Assembly: GCF_001194135.2 (NCBI RefSeq)
Contig: NC_068991.1
Coordinates: 42,706,689-42,770,688 of the forward strand
Source of the DNA: Octopus bimaculoides
Taxonomy: Eukaryota
Length of the DNA: 64,000 nucleotides
Direction: 5' to 3'
The notes beneath the pieces were generated by a model. That model searched no databases. It was not told where the DNA came from and saw only the letters and a list, made by a program, of their open reading frames with translations. The translations under genes were made by a program, and so were the position numbers. Below, one piece after another: positions 47,130-60,579 of this stretch (positions are counted from its first letter, which is position 1; the number at the start of each line of letters is the position of its first letter).

Positions 47130-48320
47130 ATTTCTACATGTTCACTCAACCTGTTAGAAATAGCAGCCATGTCTCTCAAATCACAGCCTATAATCTTAAG
47201 AAAAGAACAAGATGGATAATAATATCCTGGATCTATTACATGGAGGAAAATAATTGGAATGACTTTGATTGTAGGTCTTCTTATTGAGAGCTAACCTGGA
47301 GCAAAACAACAGCTTTTGACAACAATTGTAACAACATTTATGGTATTAGTAAAAATGAGAAAAAAATAGTTGGAGTAAAAAAATAGTTGTAATAAAAATA
47401 GTGTAGTAAAAAGATTAACAGTTGCAAGGCTTCTATTTGTTAACATGTTCCTCTAGAAATTGCTGCCAAATATACCTCAAATCACAACCTACCATCTTAA
47501 GCAAGAAAGAATTTGTTGGTTAATATAGAATAAGATACTTCTTTAACAAAAGAATTGCAATAATTTTGATCATAATTTACTCAAAGTTAATATGGGATTA
47601 CAACTGCAAAAACAACTGCCTGACTATAAGGTTCTGTCTTTAGGTCAGCATTGGATTATAGCAAACAATTGTAAATGCCAGGAGGTGGAAGAGTATCTAG
47701 TTCACAGTTGTAAACAAGAAGAATATAACATGATTGATGAGTATTTCATTGTTTTGTCTTACAGAACTAAGCTCAAATTTTTACACATGGCACACACGAC
47801 CTACCTCACTGAAAGGAGAAATTGTTGTAAAGAATGGAATAATCAAACAAACAAAAACAGCTGAAACAACAATGTGGCAGTATTCCTTAATGTCTATGTG
47901 TCAGGAAGAAGGATAAACTCTTTAAAAAGGAGCCAATCAAACAATATTGAAATATTGGAATCAGCTGTAGCCTTATGCTGTATTATATTAAGCTAAGCTT
48001 CTGCTCTGCTACATAATTGTATGCTCTATATTTCTACACACTGCACAAAAGTACACTACATCTACATTAAAAATAAAAGTAAAAATAACTGAGCCAATGA
48101 GAAAGCCTGTATATAGTTATGGTCAATTAGTTTGCCAGAAATAGCACTTAAATCCCCCTCATATGTCACCCTGCCATCTTAAAAAGAGAGGAATACATCA
48201 GAAGATAAAGTCATAAATGAAGCAATGCTGGAGAAAAGGGTGAAGTGATCATGGGACTGAAATGTCAGAGATCAAAAATCTGCTCAGTTAGAGTTGATCT
48301 ATGTTTGAATAATGCTACTT
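47130..48320 (+). repeat. Three diverged family H copies
   Basis: tagaaatagcagcc / tagaaattgctgcc / cagaaatagcactt starts at about 47155, 47455 and 48136, with collinear downstream similarity. Confidence 0.55.
47805..47860 (-). CDS. Weak candidate exon (56 nt), hydrophobic
   Basis: Acceptor ttgttgtttcAG, donor GAG|GTAGGT; single open frame (A)VFVCLIIPFFTTISPFSE, phase 1 to 0. Confidence 0.25.
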
Positions 48321-49344
48321 AAAAAAATAAGAAATAAATAAATAAAGGCCATCACATATCAGTTGTTACTTGAAGTAATATGGAGAACAAAACTTGGACT
48401 CCAGCAATATAATATATCTGATTTGTTTAGGTTAAGATAGCAAAGTACAGTTAATTTCTGTGAGCTCTAGAGTAACTATAATTAACAAATGTTTTATTGG
48501 CATGTAGTGCTGTACTGCAAAGAGGCAAAGTAACAGAGCTATTGAAGCATTGAATAGAATAGTCCTTGGTATATGTTTCAAAAACCAGTTCTGGATGCCC
48601 TTCTTCCTCTAAGTTTCTTCAAACAACCTGCCTACCAAAATCTTTGACTGGCATTCTCCAAAACAATACCAAAATGATGGTGTTGACTTGACAGTTAATC
48701 TAAAGTTAAAAGTTCAACAGAAACTAACATTTCAAATAGATCATAAGTGTTGAGCAGTGAGCTCAGGGGTTTTCCTCTCCAAGCTTTTGTTCAGCTATAT
48801 CTCTATACTATGATCTGGATCATATCACATCATAAGCAATAACAGTAGTAACAACGCTACTGTTCTCTTGTGTTATTTCACGGCATGAGGTGCAAATGGT
48901 GATGCTACAGGGTGAAAATAGCATGACTTTCTTTCCATCCTAGCAAATTAGCTGCAATAGGTTGGTGTAGTTCATTAACATAGGTGGCAGAAGCAAGTGT
49001 TTTCTGGGATTATGAGTGTGCTGAGTTCAAATTACTACATGAGAAAAACCCACACAATAAGGAAAAAAGGTTGCAGCAACTATTACAATTATAGCAAGAA
49101 TAGCAGCAGCAACAACAACAGCAGTAGCAGCAGCAGCGGCAGCAGCAACAACAACAACAACAGAAGCTGTAATAATATCAAGATCCTTGTCTGAGATCAA
49201 TAACATATACAACAGTATAATGGGCCAGTGCAATCAACCATTTCCCTCTTTTACAGATATTGATCTCATGCCTGATTAGGTCGTGGAGTGGCAGAAACAA
49301 GAGAGTTCCACACCGAATGGATTTCAATATTTAGTTCTATTAAA

Positions 49345-49770
49345 GCGGTGAGCTGATAGAATCACTAGCATGTCGGACAAAATGCTTAGTGGGTATTAGT
49401 GGTATTTCTTCTGATTCTTTACATTCTGAGTTTAAATACCAAGAAGGTCAGCTTTGCTTTTCATCCTTTCAGGATTGATAAAATAGGTACCAGTCAAATA
49501 TTAAGGTCAATGTGACTGACTTATCTCATCCCCCAAAATTGCTGGCCTTATAACTAAATTAGAAACCAATATTTAGTTCTCTCTCTATAAGTGGCCAAAT
49601 GATCAAGGTGTTCATTATGAAATCATGAGGTCCTGGATTAGATCCCACTGTGTGGCATTTGGAGCTGTATCTTTTATACCATAGCTTCAGGTCAACTCAA
49701 CCCTTGTGCTTGAAATTGGGTAGACAGGAAGTGTTTAGAAGCCAGTCAAATGGATTATACCTGTAGCTTA
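49345..49770 (+). mobile_element. SINE D (plus) followed by a diverged B-type head
   Basis: gcggtgagctgatagaatcactagc..ctttgcttttcatcctttc..; gattagatcccactgtgtggc..tatcttttataccatagcttcagg. Confidence 0.7.
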
Positions 49771-49799
49771 AAGGCCCAACGTTGATACATTGTCACAAT

Positions 49800-50411
49800 G
49801 ATTCCTCCTCCTCCTCCTTATCTTCCTCATCATCATCACTCTCATTGTCATCATCATTGGCATCACCATCACCACCACCACCCTCCTCCTCATCTTCAAC
49901 TTCCTCCTCATCTTCAACTTCCTCCTCATCTTCAACTTCCTCCTCATCTTCAACTTCCTCCTCATCTTCAACTTCCTCCTCATCTTCAACTTCCTCCTCC
50001 TCATACTCATCATGCTCATCCTCCTCTTCATCCTCCTTATTCTCAACTTCATCTGTCTCATCCTCATCCTTATCCTCATCATCCTAATCCTCCTTGTCTT
50101 CATCCTCCTCATCCTCATCCTCCCCATCCTCCTTCCTCCTCCCCTTTTCTTCCTCCTCATCTTCATCCAGCTCCTTTTCCACCTCCCCCTCCTCCTCATC
50201 GCCATCCACCTCATCCTCATCCTCATCCTCATCCTCATCCTCATCCTCATCCTCATCCTCCCCATTCTCAGCATCATCTTCCTCAGTATCATCACCACCA
50301 TTGGCATCATCATCACCACCATTGGCATCATCATCACCACCATCACCTCCACCACCGCCACTACCACCACCACCACCACCACTACTATCATTATCATCAT
50401 TGTCGTTGTTG

Positions 50412-50463
<52 letters not shown>

Positions 50464-50470
50464 TCTTGTC
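49800..50470. repeat. Long (CCT/CAT/CAC)n low-complexity array including an 18-bp unit (CTTCAACTTCCTCCTCAT) x about 6
   Basis: Direct reading; abuts a C-variant tail at 50470-50560. Confidence 0.9.
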
Positions 50471-50767
50471 ACCATTTTTAATGTCCATTTTCCATGCTGG
50501 CAAGGGTTCGGAGGTTTTGACAGGATCCAGCGAATGAGAGGATAATGCTTTGCACCAGTCTCTCCGTTTTGGTTTTCAGCATAAGAATTATGACCAAACA
50601 ATCTTCAAAACCAATGGATATACATTTTCACCCACCCTGAATTCAAATTCCACCAGACAACATCCTGGCTTTCATTACTCTTGGATGAAAACAAAAGAAG
50701 TAATTTCTTTTGTTCCAGAGCTAATTTCATTGATTATAAACATCCTCACCAAACATGTGATCTAGAG

Positions 50768-51837
50768 CAAAGGTTCTCAACNNNNNNNNNNNNNNNNNNN
50801 NNNNNNNNNNNNNNNNNNNNNNNNNNNNNNNNNNNNNNNNNNNNNNNNNNNNNNNNNNNNNNNNNNNNNNNNNNNNNNNNNNNNNNNNNNNNNNNNNNNN
50901 NTTGGTGAGTGCTAGGGGAGCACTGGAAAACCCTCATCTTTGGTAAGTTTTATTTGAAATTAATGAGTAGTAGCTCACCACTTTAATAGAACTGAAAATA
51001 AAAACCATGCCATTTTGTTTCAAATTTTCAAAAACTTAAAAAACGCATTTTCCACTTTGAGGACACCAAGCAAATTCCTGGCACCATTTGTAACTGGTGT
51101 TGCTAAAGTGAAACCCCTAAAACAAAAGCAAAAACTAAAAACAGATGACTAGTGACAGATTAAAAGAAAAAAGTAATGAATAAAAGAGAAAAGCTGAATG
51201 TGTGTGTGTGTGTGCAAATATATAAAGAATGGTGGTCAGAATTTTTGATCCAACTGGCTTTTGGGAGTGGCTGATAGGTATGTATTTGCGTATGTGTTTG
51301 TATGTATGGGTATGTTTGTATGTATATGATTGCATGTGTCACCGTTTTGAATTCCTTTCTGTGATTGAACTTGAATTGACCCCTGGCTATTAAAGACCCA
51401 ACCACACACACACACACACAGACATTTATTTTAGGTTTTGTACCCATTTGAACTGCAACTATACACCAGATAACGTGGTAAGTCTTATGTTCTGAAATTT
51501 AAATTTTGAATTTGTTTTAATTATAAAATTACACCCCAGCTGTTTTGGTCAGGATTTTCCAATTTTCTATATCAAGTAATGGACAGAAGCATTTAAAAAA
51601 AATTCATAGGGCCAAACAAAATCAAAGATATTAATTTTAATCGTAATAATGGAGAGGAGTAAACATTTTCCCTTTCCTTAATACTAACAAGAGCATAGTA
51701 TGACGGAGATTTGGCTGTTATTTCTAGCAAATTGAACAACCACACAGAGATACCTCATTGGCTCATTTGTTGATGTGTATAAGTAAACAAAAACTAAAGG
51801 AAAAACAGACACTAACAAACACACAGACACACACACA

Positions 51838-51885
<48 letters not shown>

Positions 51886-52916
51886 AATGGGCAGAATTAT
51901 GATGTAAGCATGTGCTAAAACCCCTCATAACTTTTGTGTTTTTACGAATTTTCACAAAATGTTTTTGATTCTGTCTTCTGCATAATGGAATTGATATGAT
52001 TATGCAAAAAAAAATCTCCTGCCCCACTCAATTTTTTTTTTTAATTCGTGGTTTTAAAATACGGACAGTCTAAATGCACCTTTCATTTCTCTTTATAATT
52101 TCCAAATAATTGTTTAATACTTTTATAGAAGAAAGTCAATTGACGGTCTTCATACTTTTTCACATAATCCTGGACTTTATATGTGAAATGTAAGTGACAT
52201 GCTGCATGTCCAACAGCAATATAAGCAGACAGACAGCCGTGCAGTGGTACAACATATAGACCAAGTAGACGAAAACCTTCTTTTTCAGATGAAAAATGAA
52301 GTTGGAGGAGTGGTGAAGAAGTTTTGGATACTTGTGATTGTCGTAATGGATGGTGTGCCAGTTTTTTATGTGTGTATGATTTTGTGACTCAAATTAACTA
52401 GATCCAAGTACAGTGAATGCCATCCTCCACAATTTGCTACTCATATGAAGTACATATGCATTTCCACAATTTCTATCAAATATACTCTCTTTCTTGTGCA
52501 TAAAAAGTCCTCTTCCTGGGTGACAATAACTTATATGTCAAATTGTTGCACAAGTTCTAGCTGTTTTGATAAGGGAAATTGGAAAGGTTTGAAATGATTT
52601 CATCGGCATTTACTTGTACCAAAGAGCTCTCTTTCGATAGACATCACGTTGATCTCATAAGTGTCGTATGGTGGAAATAAACACAATTACCAAACTTTCA
52701 ATTCATTATTTTGTCTTTTTGCATTTCAATTTGTAGATCTATACTCCCGACTGCATACAAGCGCATGTGTAAAACGATGATCTTTATTTTTTGATCATTT
52801 TCTGCTGATATCAAAATAAGTAGTATATTGAAAAATTAAAATATTTTCTCGGGGAGCCATTTGTGACTCCAAGGGTCAAAATGGGGCCTTTGACCAAAAT
52901 GGGTTGAGAACCTTTG
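50768..52916. mobile_element. hAT (Charlie-like) non-autonomous element with perfect TIRs and 8-bp TSD
   Basis: TIR CAAAGGTTCTCAAC (50768-50781) / GTTGAGAACCTTTG (52903-52916); TSD ATCTAGAG at 50760-50767 and 52917-52924; only a faint transposase-like trace (IVVMDGVPV) near 52330-52370. Confidence 0.9.
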
Positions 52917-53149
52917 ATCTAGAGCTTATGTTCAGAAATAAGCACCAAACTACATTCTCTGTATTTTCAAGTGTTTCTTTACTGTCTCCAATACCAAAAT
53001 TTTCAATGTTAAATTTTAATAACATTTATGGCTTTTTATAATCAACTTCCTCTACACCAACACCATTGTAACAAACACTTTACAATTATCCAATAATTTT
53101 ATGACCTTAGATTTATTTGTCTGACTCTCTCTCTCTCTCTTCTACACAC

Positions 53150-53600
53150 AGGCATGGTTCAGCACAGGCATGGCTATGTGGTTAAGAAGTTTGCTTCCCA
53201 ACCACATAGTTTCAAGTTCAGTCCTACTGCACAGCACCATTGGCAAGTGTCTTCTACTACAACTCTGCCCTCAGTGGACCAAAACCTTATAAGCGAATTT
53301 GGTAGACAGAAAGTGAAAGTACCTCATTCTCTGTGTGTGTGTATGTGTGCATGTGTGTGTGTGCGTGTGTGTGTGCACGCATGTGTGTGTGCACGCATGC
53401 ATGTGTGTGTGTGCATGCACACGTATATGTGTGCGCACGCATGCGCATATGTGTGTGCACGTGCTTGTCTGTGCGCACATGAATGTATTTGTCCTTGTCT
53501 TGACATTGCCTGTTAGTTGTAAATGATTATCCCTGTCATAAAAGCAATGTCATCCATTTCCAATATTTTGCAAAAATATGTCTGGCCATGAGGAATATTA
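53150..53600 (+). mobile_element. SINE B2, partial
   Basis: B head 53150-53320, (TG)n, B2 body ttgtcttgacatt..gcaatgtcatccatttccaat. Confidence 0.7.
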
Positions 53601-53639
53601 TATTTATCTTGCATATTGAGCTTAATATATCTACATACC

Positions 53640-53741
53640 CATCTATCTATCTATATCAACCTACATATGTAAGTATGTATCTCTCTATCTGTCTTTTTTA
53701 ACTACCCATCAACCTATCTATCTATCTATCTATCTATCTAC

Positions 53742-53775
<34 letters not shown>

Positions 53776-53817
53776 CATTNNNNNNNNNNATTATTTTTCT
53801 ACCCACCTACCTATTAT

Positions 53818-53864
<47 letters not shown>

Positions 53865-53895
53865 CTCTATCTATCTATCTATCAACCTATCTATC
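53640..53895. repeat. (CTAT)n tetranucleotide microsatellite around a 10-N gap
   Basis: Direct reading. Confidence 0.9.
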
Positions 53896-54769
53896 ACAGA
53901 TTATTACAGGAAAATATTACAAAGCATAATAAAAGAACTGATAATTTTCCCCTTCAATTGACCTCTAAATGAGAGGGTAAAAAAGGTATATAAAACAGAT
54001 GAAAAAAACATCAAAGAAAAGCAAGGGAAAGCAACTAGAAATCAAATGAGGGTTTTCTTTTCCCTCTTTATTGTTGCCTTTCATATATTTTCTTTCTTTC
54101 TTGCTTGCTTTCTTTCTCTTTCTTTCTCTCTTTCTTTCTTTCTTTCATTCTTTCTACATATGTTTGCCTTTCCCTTCCTTTCTCTATCATCTCCATCCAG
54201 TGCATGTGTATTTTGTCACTGGAAAGGAATATTTCTGAAGGAAAAAGAGGAAATAAAAAATTAAAAAATGAATTCTGACCAATAAATTCCATTGATATTA
54301 TCGTTCTGTTTCCTTTTTATTTTATTTATCTTTTTTTTTTCATGCTAGTCTAACAAAAACAAAATAGAAAAATAAAAATAAAAACTACTCAAAGAATTAA
54401 GAAAAACTGAAAAGTGTAAAAAATAAATAAAAAAAATTGATTTCTTGATTTGTCGATTGATTATTTTTAGGGAGAGGAGATTATTTTATTCATTTTCTTT
54501 TTGTGGTCTTTTATGGGAGGGGCTCAATGAAGGCAAAATGTTAAATCATTGAATCAATTTTTAGGAATTTCATTTATCATAATTAGTGAAAAATAGATGT
54601 ATATATATATATATATACATCTATATAATGATTGAGGAAATTATATATATATATATATATAATTTCCTCAATCATTTAAACAAAAAGGTCAACAGTATGG
54701 TTACTAGAGCAAATGCTTGTCTGATTCTTTTGCTTACAAAGTCTAAGAAATTGTTTTTCTTTACTCTAT

Positions 54770-55270
54770 GGGCCAGAGTATTAGGGTTTATCCTAGTAGT
54801 AGACTGGTACTTTATTTATTGACCCTGGTAGTATGAAAGGCAGCTTTACCTTCAGAGAGATTTTAACTCACAGTACAAAAAACTGAAATGAATATGACAA
54901 GGAACTGTAACAAAATTTCTACTTTCTTTTTTATTTTTGGTCAGTAAGTGTTATTTTATGTTTGCTTCTATCAAGAAATCAAAGGAAAAGACTACTATTC
55001 CTTCTAAACTTTGCTTTTGTGACCTGGACATCAATGTTCTGAAAGTGACCATTAGATTTCAGATAGATTCAGTGCCATGTTGCTGAAGCAGATATATTGT
55101 TATAGCAAATAATTTGCTCAATACCACAGATTTGCCTGTCAGTTGTTTGACCTTAACCACTAGAGCATGTTCCTTAGTGGTTGACAATATGTGTGTCTCT
55201 GATCATGAGCAGGAGTAGTGGGGGAACATTAAAGTCATGTGTTAAGAAGGATTCTTTGGGGTTTGAATAA
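54770..55270. mobile_element. Old SINE D fragment and family E fragment
   Basis: ctggtactttatttattgaccc..atgaaaggc at 54800-54870; aataccacagatttgcctgtcagttgtttgaccttaacc..ggattctttggggtttgaataa at 55120-55270. Confidence 0.6.
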
Positions 55271-55439
55271 ATCTCATAATGAAAGCAAAGTTTGAAGGAA
55301 ATATTAGTCATTTTTCATACTTTCTGGGGATAAGCAAATAAGAAATAACAGTTGTTGCTCAAGAACAAAACAAAAATGGAAAAAAATTTGTTACACAGTG
55401 TTATTAGAGTACTGTGCAGAATGCCCTGCTTACCTGAAG

Positions 55440-55990
55440 ACAAAAATTGTGATATACAATATAATCAGCATAGAGAAAATGGAATTAACTATGCAATAAA
55501 GAGCAGCCTGCTAAGAACTTGGGAGTAATGGTTCAGAACAGCTCTTGGTTATCTGTCTCAACACCACTACAGTGTCAATCATCCATGTATGCTCCAACAC
55601 TGCTCTCAATCAGATTCAGCAGCAGCAACCCTAGTGAGGAACAATTTGTTCTTCCGGTAGATTTCAATGCCAGAGTTGGCACAGCATATCTTGATTCATG
55701 GTGTTCCTCTCTTTTTAGCATTTTAGTGTAGACAAAATAAATAATAACAGATGACTGCTCATATTCTGCATTCATCATAACTTGTGTGTCACCAATACCT
55801 AATTCCAGACAGAGATCCCAATGAAATTTTCTGGAGATACCTCCATGGAAGGAGCTGGTGTCAACTAGATCTCATTCTAGTTATATTTGGTAGTAATGAT
55901 TCAGAACAACTCCCATTCATTTGCCTCAACTCTACCACAGGCCAAATCACCTATGTCTCCATGTACACCCTAACACTGTTCTCAACATCA
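55440..55990 (+). mobile_element. RTE LINE apurinic endonuclease fragment
   Basis: GINYAIKSSLL, YAPT, VDFNARVG, FCIHHNLCVTNT*F, WRY..SWCQLDLIL: the ordered APE motifs (YAPT, GDFNA, W..LD), with frameshifts. Confidence 0.85.
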
Positions 55991-56139
55991 GACTCAAAGT
56001 TTAAGTTCTATAAGAATTTATCACCACTCATCAGCAACATGTGTGAGGGAGAAAACAAGTGAGATGTATTGGCTAATGATGTAATTACTTTCCAATGAAA
56101 TTACCTGGTAATTTATTTACTACAATGTAATTATCTGTG

Positions 56140-56455
56140 AAGACACATGGCTTAGTGGTTAAGGTATTCAGCTCACAATCGTAGGTCATGAGTTCAATTC
56201 ATGATGATGCATTGTGTCCTTGAGCAAGACATTTTATTTCACATTGCTCCAGTCCACTCAGCTGGCAAAAATAAGTAGTACTTGTATTTCAAAGGGCCAG
56301 CCTTGTCACACTCTGTGTTACACAGAATCTTTCTGAGAACTAAGGGTACACGTGTCTGTGGAGTGCTCAACCACTTACATGCTAATTGCATGAGCAAGGT
56401 GTTCTATTGTGTGGATCAATTGGAACCCTCGTCATCGTAACTAACAGAATGCCAA
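56140..56455 (+). mobile_element. SINE family A (short-body subfamily)
   Basis: tggcttagtggttaagg A-box, gagttcaattc B-box, CORE-like ccttgagcaagacattttatttcacattgctcc, family A body and tail. Confidence 0.85.
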
Positions 56456-56679
56456 TTACTCATGGTAAATTTACTGTAATGATTACACATTTACCCACAC
56501 ATTACAGGTTGTGTGAGTAAGTGCATGTGTGTGAGTATGTTGGTAAATTCGTTATCAAACCTTTTAGCCACAGAATAAGTACATCGTTAAACATTATTAA
56601 AAGCTTTCAATTACAGAGTAGATATGTGACATTAAATTAATAGAATAAAAAAAATATTTCATGACAAAAGAAAAATATC

Positions 56680-57193
56680 AGTTTCTAATTTTGGCACAAG
56701 ATCAGAAATTTTAGGAAATGGGGTAAGTCAATTACATCAACCCCCAGTGCTTAAGTGGTACTTACTTTATTCATCCCAGAAGGATGAAAGGCAAAGTTGA
56801 CCTTAACAGAATTTGAACTCAGGTGAAGATGCACAAAATGTCGCTAAACATTTTGCCCAACATTCTAATGATTCTACCAGTTCACCACCTTAGACAAAAG
56901 GAAAAATATTAATATGAAATTTATTCAGATGCTGGCATGGTTGGGTGGTTAAGAAATTCACTTTACAACAAGGTGTTTGTCCCACTGCCCTGTACCTTGG
57001 ACAAGTACCTGCTACTTACTAAAACCCTAGGCCAACCAGTACTCTGCGTGTGTGAACTTGGAAGAAAGAAACAGTGTGGACGCCTGTCATATACATATGT
57101 GTGAGTGTAGTGCACATGTGTGTGTGTGTGTGTGTAAGAGTGTACATGTGTGTGTATGTAAGAGTGTATGTATGTGTGTGTATGAGTGTGCAT

Positions 57194-57259
<66 letters not shown>

Positions 57260-57470
57260 ATGTTTGTGCTTGTTCCCCTGCCACCATTTGACAACAGTAT
57301 TGGTCTATTTACATCCTTGTCACTTAGAAGCTTGGTAAAAGAGACCAATAGTGTAAGTACAAAGCTTTAAAACATGTACTGGGATTGATTTGCTCAACCA
57401 AACCCTTCAAGGTGGTGCTCCAGCATAGCCACAGTTCAATGACTGAAACAAGTAAAAGATAAAAGATATA
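56680..57470. mobile_element. SINE D (minus, 56680-56892) and SINE B (plus, 56930-57470)
   Basis: Collinear matches to the family motifs above; (TG)n inside B. Confidence 0.8.
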
Positions 57471-59399
57471 CATGCAAAAAAGGCTGAAATTACTTTTAAA
57501 CAATAGAATCCCCATTAAAAAAATGCTGTAAAAATATGATGCTAGTTTAAATTTCAGTCGTAAAAACATAAATTATGAAAAACACCTAAAAAAAAATCCT
57601 GTATTTTGCAATTTTAATATTCATTAAAAACATGCAGAATTCTTGCTGCATTACTAAATGTTCTTTTTGTGATGTAGAATTTCTGTTCTGGCAATGTATT
57701 GTTCAATTCTTATTCCATATCTTAATTGTTTCTGTTTTCAAGATATCTGAAAATTTTCAGATAATAGAAAGAAATTTGTTATCTTTGAATTTCTTTTTCA
57801 TTGTTAATGAAATGAGACATTTTTACTCTGTGAATTAACACTTCAAATAATATTTAGCAATAAATTTATTCTACTGCTAAAAGGCATGACAATAAATTTG
57901 CTGATGATGTATTTGGGATGGTGATGAATTTTCTGATGATGTCTTAATCCATGATGTAAGTACTTTCTGATAAATACATCACCTGGTAATTTCATTACAA
58001 GGTAATAATCAATCTTCAGTGAATTCATCTTAATAGCAGGATATCATCCTTAGAATAATAATTGTATTATGAAGAGCAATCTTAATTTGTTAGATGGATG
58101 AGGATTATCTTTATTTGAAAAGATAAGATTATCTGTAGCAGAAACAATTTTTTTTGCTATTACTGTTGGTGTTAATGATGTTGCTGTTGTTGTTGTTGTT
58201 GATGGTGGTAGGGATAGTAATAACCAACCTCTGTAGCCTACAGGGCAATTTGTTCCGTTACAAATATGATTCTCATGTTTAAACAAGCAATTATAACCTG
58301 AGTATTTATCTCATTATCTAGCTGATTGGGCAGCAGGGTTGAATGGCTTGTGGCATTAGAATCAAGATGAAAATTACTTGCTCCAAAAATTCCCACTAAT
58401 TACCAAAAGTGTTGAAAATGTAGTCTCACTGAGTCAAGGAGGTTATCTTAGTGGCACAGAAGGGACAAAACAAAGGTGGTGGTGGTGGTGGTGGTGGTGG
58501 ATTTGATGATGATGATGATGTATACAGGTCATGCTAATATTAATCAAAAATGTATATAAATACTCCTTAAGTCTTGAGCAGTGTTTACAATGCAATAACA
58601 AGCTCCAATTTTATTGTGTCTAGTAGATGAGAAATAAATCTCTGTGGAAAGTTACAAGTTTATTATGAGTAAAATTTCCAGATAATCTTGAAACCTGTTT
58701 CTGACATCTTGGTGAAATGAGGTGTGTAAAATTAAGTGTACTGCTAAAATAAATAAAATGCCTCCAGTTGATTAGAGCTTATGATCTGTGAGTTGGTAGG
58801 TTGTCATATCAACTCAGCTTGTTTCATGCATACATGCTAATATATGATAACTTTCTAAATACAAAAGTCTCTTTTGTAAAGAGAAAAAGATACAGTCAAT
58901 AGAATCAACTTCAATTAACTGCTTATACTAGTTTCATGCTTTAAGCCTTCAGGATGAAAGATAAACCACATACCAAAACAGAATTAGTAAAACATCTAGT
59001 CTACGTCTCTATCCACACCAGCTCCACTGTCCTAACTCATACTAGTATAGAAACATAAAAGTAAAACAAAGAAAAAAGCTACTATGGCAATGTTGTATTC
59101 TTGATTATCCTTTCTGGAAACAGGAATTCATGTGAAAACCAATTACTAATCCACAAACAGCTAATTGTCTTCAAACCAATTAAAGCAACAAATATAGCAC
59201 CAAAATTCAGTCATGCTCTGAATAATATTCTCAATAATATTTCACAATATGTGTATAACCATGTTTTTCTTAATTCATAAATTGAAAAGAAAAGGAAAAG
59301 TTCCTGGAGGTAAAAATATCTGTCCTCCACTTTAATATTGAGTGAATAAAACTTATCAGAAATCAGAATTGGCATTCCAGCTGACCCATAATTTAAATG

Positions 59400-60250
59400 A
59401 AAGCAAAACTGGTAAAGTTTCCAAAATTAAGCTTTTGTAAATATGGATTGCATATATATGTCAGTCATTTGATGTTAGTTTTCAACAAAGGTAGAACAAC
59501 AATAATCCAGTGTATACACTTAAGCAAACAACATCTTAAATTGAAAAGCAAATTTATGAGGAAATGGCAGAAATTACAGAGAAGAGGAAAAGAACCAAAA
59601 TGGATTTGAGATATAATGGAGTTGACAAAACAGTCTGTTTTTGATAGAGTTGGAACAGGAAAATAAATCAATCTTCCTATGATAGTGCCTTCTTTGTCTG
59701 CAGCAAGAAAGTTTCAACTGCAGTTATTTTCTCTGACCAATCAACATGGAATATCATCAGAGATTAGAAACAGACAAATGTTGATGGATGATTTAGTTAT
59801 GTCCAAAGAAAAACTTGAAAGAAAATGCTATTGTAAAGAATTAGGCCATTAATAAAGCAACATCAAAAGAATATTTAGACTTCACTGAATTTACAACCAA
59901 AGTTTATTAATGGCATTATATTTTTTAACGTATACTTAATCTCAGCTACTTCTCTGTCAAGCAAAGCATCAACTGTTTTTAATCTTGGACAATTTATTAA
60001 TGACAGTTCAAATGAGAATTTTCAAAGCCCAATTGTGCACTATGATAAATGTAGCACTTAATTTTTTTTTTATTTTTTATCACAACATGAAGTACTAGTC
60101 TGAAATTTATGCAAATCCAGCAGTTTTCTATGGATAGGGAAAAGGAAAAATTAGGTTATGTTGATGGACCATTTATAGCTTGGAAATTCTTGTCGATGTG
60201 CATAATATAAAGTCATTTACAATCTGTAGAGATACTCTGCTATATTATTC
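59400..60250 (+). mobile_element. Possible very old pogo/Tigger (CENP-B-like) transposase remnant
   Basis: Fragments in order: FNKGRTTI, KRKRTK..GVDKTV, LPM..ARKF, NQHGI, IQ..SMD. These loosely follow the HTH-psq, CENP-B HTH and QPMD motifs; heavily frameshifted. Confidence 0.3.
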
Positions 60251-60499
60251 CCATTAGGAAAAGCCTGTTATGGTAATTTATTTTCTTCAATATGGGTAAT
60301 TTGTTGTTGTTGCTGCTGCTGTTGTTGTTGTTAGATAGTTTTTGGTTAAATTACATTGAGAAGACAGCTGTCATGGAAGAAGCCAATTGAATGCCTGGCA
60401 CATGGTGAAGAAATAGTGGAAGTTTTGATCAGTTAATTCTGCAAATGAAAAAGTAAGATATTGCTGTCAGGATGCACAGGTTGTAAGTTTGTATCTTAC

Positions 60500-60579
60500 C
60501 ATAAGAACTCTATTGTATCTTCCTTCAAGGTGTTTTAACTGCTTACTTTTTCTATTTTGTGGGAAACAAGTTAAAGCTT
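60500..60579 (-). CDS. Weak candidate exon (80 nt)
   Basis: Acceptor aaattggttcAG, strong donor ATG|GTAAGA; single open frame xALTCFPQNRKSKQLKHLEGRYNRVLM, phase 1 to 0. Confidence 0.25.

Noticed and set aside
47765-47916. Strong plus-strand acceptor (tttcattgttttgtcttacag); similar ones at 8817 and 8935
   Set aside because: No convincing donor before stop codons; T-rich tracts mimic acceptors frequently in this genome.
49768-50601. 277-aa, 227-aa and acidic ORFs
   Set aside because: Products of trinucleotide repeats open in several frames on both strands; no splice or domain support.
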